Of a stretch of 64,000 nucleotides of DNA, positions 59,868 through 64,000 are shown in pieces. The notes beneath the pieces are model-generated. The model did no database searches and was not told where the DNA came from. It was given only the letters and a program-made list of their open reading frames with translations. Position 1 is the first letter of the stretch, and every line of letters starts with the position of its first letter. The position numbers and the translations under genes were made by a program. The stretch is from an uncultured bacterium (lineage in GTDB: Bacteria; Edwardsbacteria; AC1; EtOH8): assembly GCA_963780225.1 (NCBI GenBank), contig CAWAAX010000004.1, forward strand, positions 64,001 to 128,000. The letters are read 5' to 3'.

Positions 59868-61061
59868 ATGTCTCACGGAAAAGTACGGTTCAATACCCTG
59901 GCGGTGCACGGGGGCGGGATGCAGGACCTGAGCAAGATCAAGCCGGTCTCCATGCCGATCTACCAGTCCTCGGAGTTCGTCTTCAATTCGGCCGAGCACG
60001 GCGCGGCGGTGATGTCCGGCCAGGAGCCGGGCTTTGTTTATTCCCGGCTGGGCAACCCCACCTGCCAGGATTTTGAAAAGCGGCTGGCCCTGCTGGAAGG
60101 AACCGACGACGGCCTTTCCTTCGCCTCGGGCATGGCGGCCATCGCGGCCATAGTCTTCACCTACTGCCGTCCCGGAGACAACATCATCTCCTCGGCCCCC
60201 ATCTACGGCGGCACCTTCGGGCTGTTCAAGGACCTGCTGCCCAAGATGAACATCGAGATCATCTACGTTCCGGCCAACGACATCCACAACCTGCTGGACA
60301 AGAAGATCAACGACCGGACCAGGCTGGTCTACCTGGAGACTCCGGCCAATCCCACTTTAGATATAGTAGACCTGGTTGAAACCATCAAGGCGGCCAAGGC
60401 CCGCAAGATAACCGTGGCGGTGGACAACACCTTCGCCACGCCCTGCCTGCAGAAGCCGATCCAGATGGGAGCCGACATCGTGATGCACTCGGCCACCAAG
60501 TACATCTGCGGACACGGCGACACCACCGGCGGAGTGGTGGTGGCCTCCAAGGCCGAGATCGACAAGATGAAGCCCATCGCCTACAAGAACCTGGGCGGCA
60601 GCATGGCGCCCTTCACCGCCTGGCTGATGTCCCGCGGCCTGCAGACCCTGCCTTTGAGGGTGGAGCGCCATTCCCAGAATGCCATGATCATCGCCAAGTT
60701 CCTGGAGAAGCATCCCAAGGTGGAAAAGACCTGCTACCCCGGTCTGGAGTCCTGTCCTTCCCACGCCGTGGCCAAGAAGCAGATGAGCGGCGGTTACGGC
60801 GGAGTGCTGGCCATAGACATCAAGGGCGGGCGCGAGGCCGGCCGGAAGTTCCAGAACAACCTCAAGCTCTGCAAGCTGGCGGTCAGCCTGGGCAGCGTTG
60901 ACACCCTGGTCACCCACCCGGCCTCTACCACTCATCTGTCTTATTCCGAGGCCGACCTGGCTTCTTTGGGGATGACCCCGGGCTTCGTGCGGATCGCGGT
61001 GGGCATTGAGGATCCCCAGGATGTGATTGAGGACTTGGACCAGGCGCTCTCTAAAATCTGA
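59868..61061 (+). CDS. PLP-dependent trans-sulfuration enzyme (methionine gamma-lyase / cystathionine gamma-synthase family)
   Basis: PIYQSS, YSRLGNPT, SGMAAI, ETPANP, DNTFATP, HSATKY, AVSLG. Confidence 0.9.
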   Translation: MSHGKVRFNTLAVHGGGMQDLSKIKPVSMPIYQSSEFVFNSAEHGAAVMSGQEPGFVYSRLGNPTCQDFEKRLALLEGTDDGLSFASGMAAIAAIVFTYCRPGDNIISSAPIYGGTFGLFKDLLPKMNIEIIYVPANDIHNLLDKKINDRTRLVYLETPANPTLDIVDLVETIKAAKARKITVAVDNTFATPCLQKPIQMGADIVMHSATKYICGHGDTTGGVVVASKAEIDKMKPIAYKNLGGSMAPFTAWLMSRGLQTLPLRVERHSQNAMIIAKFLEKHPKVEKTCYPGLESCPSHAVAKKQMSGGYGGVLAIDIKGGREAGRKFQNNLKLCKLAVSLGSVDTLVTHPASTTHLSYSEADLASLGMTPGFVRIAVGIEDPQDVIEDLDQALSKI

Positions 61062-61071
61062 AGCCTTAATA

Positions 61072-61162
61072 CTGAAGATCCGAAGATCCGAAGCTGAGAA
61101 GATGGGAGGATCAGAAAAGAAAACAGAGCATAGCTTCGGATTTTCAAATCTTCTCAACTTCT
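61072..61162. repeat. Octamer tract with a partial inverted partner
   Basis: GAAGATCC GAAGATCC GAAGCTGA GAAGATGG ... TCTTCTCAACTTCT. Confidence 0.7.
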
Positions 61163-61169
61163 GTGAGAA

Positions 61170-61246
61170 GCGCCTGTAGCTCAGCTGGATAGAGCGTCGG
61201 ACTTCGAATCCGCAGGTCGCCCGTTCGACTCGGGCCAGGCGCACCA
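61170..61246 (+). tRNA. tRNA-Arg (anticodon TCG)
   Basis: Acceptor stem GCGCCTG/CAGGCGC-A-CCA, anticodon loop CTTCGAA. Confidence 0.95.
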
Positions 61247-61388
61247 AGACTTTGGGAACAGGTGACCGGGAATTGATTTTAGGGAACAGATGATTAGTAT
61301 CGGGTAGGCGGCAGAAGTCATTGTTGGCTTAGATCCGGTTCGGGTTGAAAAAACGGCATAAAAAATGCTGACAAATTCAATTTTGGTA

Positions 61389-61416
61389 TTGACTTTTCGT
61401 GGATTTTTGATATAAT
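61389..61416 (+). promoter_or_regulatory. sigma70 promoter for the tRNA-Thr-tuf operon
   Basis: TTGACT-16 nt-TATAAT with TG extension. Confidence 0.7.
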
Positions 61417-61502
61417 AATCATTCTTTGCCTTAAAAACATACCCCCAAGTAAAAAGTTAAAGCCTTGGGGGTAGGGGTCTATTATTGTTTTTACGGCTAA
61501 AA

Positions 61503-61578
<76 letters not shown>

Positions 61579-61650
61579 CTTTTTAAATTCAAAACAATCC
61601 CGGCAGATCTGAAAAACAATATTCTTAAAACAGGAGTTTAAAGAACCATC

Positions 61651-62844
61651 ATGGCCAAGCAGAAATTTGAGCGTAATAAGCCTCACGTGAACATCGGGAC
61701 GATCGGTCACGTGGACCACGGCAAAACGACCCTGACCAGCGCCATCACCAAGCATCAGTCGGAACTGGGCCTGGCCCTTGCCAAGAGCTACGAGGAGATC
61801 GACAACGCTCCGGAGGAAAAGGCCCGCGGAGTAACCATCAACGTGCACCATGCGGAGTACGAGACGGTGAAGCGGCACTATGCGCACATGGACTGCCCCG
61901 GCCACGCGGACTATATAAAGAACATGATTACCGGAGCGGCCCAGATGGACGGAGCCATCTTAGTGGTGGCTGCCTCTGAAGGCGCGATGCCCCAGACGAG
62001 GGAGCACATCCTGCTGGCCCGTCAGGTGGGGGTTCCGGCGCTGGTGGTGTACCTGAACAAGGTGGACCAGGTGGACGACCCGGAACTGATCGAGATCGTG
62101 GAGATGGAGATCCGGGACCTGCTGACCCAGTACGGGTTCGCCGGGGACAAGACCCCGATCATCAAGGGCTCGGCCTTGAAGGCCATGGAGGGAGACAAAT
62201 CGGAGATCGGAGTGCAGTCGATCCAGCGTCTGATGGACGCGGTTGACAGCTATATACCTGATCCGGTGAGAGACATAGACAAGCCGTTCCTGCTGGCCAT
62301 CGAGGACGTGTTCTCGATCACGGGGCGGGGCACGGTGGGGACCGGGCGTATCGAGCGGGGCAAGGTGAAGGTGGGCGACAAGGTGGAGCGGGTTGGCATC
62401 CGCGAGACGCGGGATACGGTGGTGACCGGGGTGGAGATGTTCCGGAAACTGCTGGACGACGCCCAGGCCGGAGACAACGTGGGGGTGCTGCTGCGGGGGA
62501 TCGAGAAGGCGGACCTGGAGCGGGGCATGGTGCTGGCGGCCCCCAAGACCATCACCCCGCATCAGAAGTTCAAGGGCGAGGTCTACGTGCTGACCAAGGA
62601 AGAGGGCGGACGCCATACCCCGTTCTTTACCGGGTACCGTCCCCAGTTCTTCTTCAGGACCACCGACGTCACCGGGAACCTGTCCCTGCCCAAGGGGGTG
62701 GAGATGATCATGCCGGGCGACAACGTGACCATCGAGGGCGAGCTGCTGACGCCGATCGCCATGGAGAAGGGCCTGAAGTTCGCCATCCGCGAGGGCGGAC
62801 GAACCGTGGGCTCCGGAACCGTCACCGAGATCCTGCCGGACTAA
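61651..62844 (+). CDS. tuf: Elongation factor Tu
   Basis: [35 protein letters not shown]. Confidence 0.99.
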   Translation: MAKQKFERNKPHVNIGTIGHVDHGKTTLTSAITKHQSELGLALAKSYEEIDNAPEEKARGVTINVHHAEYETVKRHYAHMDCPGHADYIKNMITGAAQMDGAILVVAASEGAMPQTREHILLARQVGVPALVVYLNKVDQVDDPELIEIVEMEIRDLLTQYGFAGDKTPIIKGSALKAMEGDKSEIGVQSIQRLMDAVDSYIPDPVRDIDKPFLLAIEDVFSITGRGTVGTGRIERGKVKVGDKVERVGIRETRDTVVTGVEMFRKLLDDAQAGDNVGVLLRGIEKADLERGMVLAAPKTITPHQKFKGEVYVLTKEEGGRHTPFFTGYRPQFFFRTTDVTGNLSLPKGVEMIMPGDNVTIEGELLTPIAMEKGLKFAIREGGRTVGSGTVTEILPD

Positions 62845-62893
62845 AAGACCCCTCCCAGGTAAATGGGAAATGGATAAATTGGAAATTGGAAAC

Positions 62894-62944
62894 AAAAGGA
62901 AACCAGGAAAACAGGAAAAATTCATGGATTCAGGGGTTCCTAAT
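62894..62944. repeat. Cargo-less left+right core pair of the GxxExxY cassette
   Basis: AAAAGGAAACCAGGAAAACAGGAA-AAA-TTCATGGATTCAGGGGTTCCTAAT. Confidence 0.8.
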
Positions 62945-62973
62945 AAAAAATACTTTATGTAATAGGTTGTAAA

Positions 62974-63123
62974 ATGCGAGAAATAGTCACCATTGCCTGC
63001 GTGCCCTGCAAGCGCCGGAATTACACCACCACCAAGAACAAGCGCAAGCATCCGGACCGGGCCGAGTTCAAGAAATACTGCCGTTTTTGCAAAAAGCATA
63101 CTGCCCACAAGGAGACCAAGTAA
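62974..63123 (+). CDS. rpmG: 50S ribosomal protein L33 (zinc-binding form)
   Basis: Manual translation [49 protein letters not shown]; below the ORF-track length cutoff. Confidence 0.96.
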   Translation: MREIVTIACVPCKRRNYTTTKNKRKHPDRAEFKKYCRFCKKHTAHKETK

Positions 63124-63144
63124 TTCCCTTAAAGATTTTGGTAT

Positions 63145-63221
63145 AGGCCAGTAGCTCCAATTGGTAGAGCGCCGGTCTCCAAAACCGGATGCTGGGGGTT
63201 CAAGTCCCTCCTGGCCTGCCA
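63145..63221 (+). tRNA. tRNA-Trp (anticodon CCA)
   Basis: Acceptor stem AGGCCAG/CTGGCCT-G-CCA, anticodon arm CCGGT-CTCCAAA-ACCGG. Confidence 0.97.
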
Positions 63222-63329
63222 TCTAAAATGCGCTTTCAGGGCTTCAGGGACTCGGTAATGGCAACACAGCAAGGCACCCGGCCCAGGCATCCATAAATAC
63301 CCGGAAAAACCGGGACAGGAGCAGCAGAG

Positions 63330-63515
63330 ATGTTCAAAAAAATATTACAGTTTTTCATTGACACCAAGGCCGAGTTTGCCAAGGTCAGCTGGCCCAGCCG
63401 CGAGGAACTGACGCAGTCCACCATGGTGGTGATAGTGGTCTCGCTGGTGGTCACGGTGTTCATAGCCCTGGTGGACCAGGGGCTTACCCGGGTGATTACA
63501 CTGATCCTGGGTTAA
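63330..63515 (+). CDS. secE: Preprotein translocase subunit SecE
   Basis: AEFAKVSWPSREEL plus one TM; conserved rpmG-trnW-secE-nusG order. Confidence 0.95.
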   Translation: MFKKILQFFIDTKAEFAKVSWPSREELTQSTMVVIVVSLVVTVFIALVDQGLTRVITLILG

Positions 63516-63542
63516 TACATTAATAAGGCATAAGCACCAAAA

Positions 63543-64000
63543 ATGCGCTGGTACGTAATTCATACATACTCCGGGCACGAAAACCGGGTCAAGTCTGCTT
63601 TGGAGCAGTCGGCCCAAAGGCTGGGACTGCAGGACAAGCTGGGCCGGGTGCTTATACCCACCGAGGAAATAACCGAGATCAAGCACGGCAAGCGCAAGAC
63701 CACCGCCAAGCAGCTTTATCCCAGCTATCTGATGGTGGAGATGGACCTGACCGACGACGTCTGGAACGCGGTCTCCTCCACCCCAGGGGTCACCAGCTTC
63801 CTGGGCTCGCGCCGCAAACCACAGCCCATGAGGAGCGCCGAGGCCGCCCGGCTGCTGGCCCGGATAGACGGAATCAAGGTGGCGGGCCCGGCAGACATCC
63901 CGTTCCATGCCGGCGACTCGGTGAAGATAGTGGACGGGCCCTTTGCCAACTTCACCGGGATCATCAACGAAGTGGACAAACAGCACGGCAAGGTCAAGGT
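63543..64000 (+). CDS. nusG: Transcription factor NusG (runs off the right edge)
   Basis: Manual translation MRWYVIHTYSGHENRVK...YPSYLMVEM...TPGVTSFLG...GDSVKIVDGPFANFTG. Confidence 0.96.
   Translation, partial: MRWYVIHTYSGHENRVKSALEQSAQRLGLQDKLGRVLIPTEEITEIKHGKRKTTAKQLYPSYLMVEMDLTDDVWNAVSSTPGVTSFLGSRRKPQPMRSAEAARLLARIDGIKVAGPADIPFHAGDSVKIVDGPFANFTGIINEVDKQHGKVK

Noticed and set aside
61960..63222. 420-aa minus-strand ORF
   Set aside because: Antisense to tuf, rpmG and tRNA-Trp.

Overview
A 64 kb stretch of bacterial chromosome, mostly GC-rich housekeeping genes separated by AT-rich spacers that are full of repeats. The gene content points to a diderm (LpxH-like, Lnt, LolE, TonB/BtuB, OmpA) and probably anaerobic organism (2-oxoacid:ferredoxin oxidoreductase, rubredoxin, ferredoxin-fused EtfAB, Na+-decarboxylase subunits). 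My unverified impression is an uncultured candidate-phylum lineage. In order it holds: eno (partial), lpxH-like, TPR/TolB lipoprotein, rubredoxin, MBL hydrolase, korA-[GxxExxY cassette]-korB, two tRNA-Ser, addAB, tonB, lnt, purN, a cobalamin-riboswitch-led btuFCDB operon, a zinc-ribbon gene, envelope genes, murI, a double-MCP/solute-binding fusion, rluD, ompA-like, sugar-nucleotide genes, a low-GC islet, lysS, lolE, a HEAT protein, a DUF559 nuclease, typA, CDF, rlmI, MATE, etfBA-oadGB, a PLP lyase, tRNA-Arg, tRNA-Thr-tuf-rpmG-tRNA-Trp-secE-nusG (partial). The most striking structure is an AT-rich GxxExxY nuclease-fold gene wedged between korA and korB. It is bracketed by two tandem arrays (4 and 3 copies) whose 24-bp cores are inverted relative to each other. 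A cargo-less left+right core pair sits between tuf and rpmG, and a solo core lies upstream of the PLP lyase. This looks like a transposase-free mobile cassette family. Two +1 frameshifts (korA, HEAT gene) may be consensus errors. All calls come from reading motifs by eye; no database searches were run.
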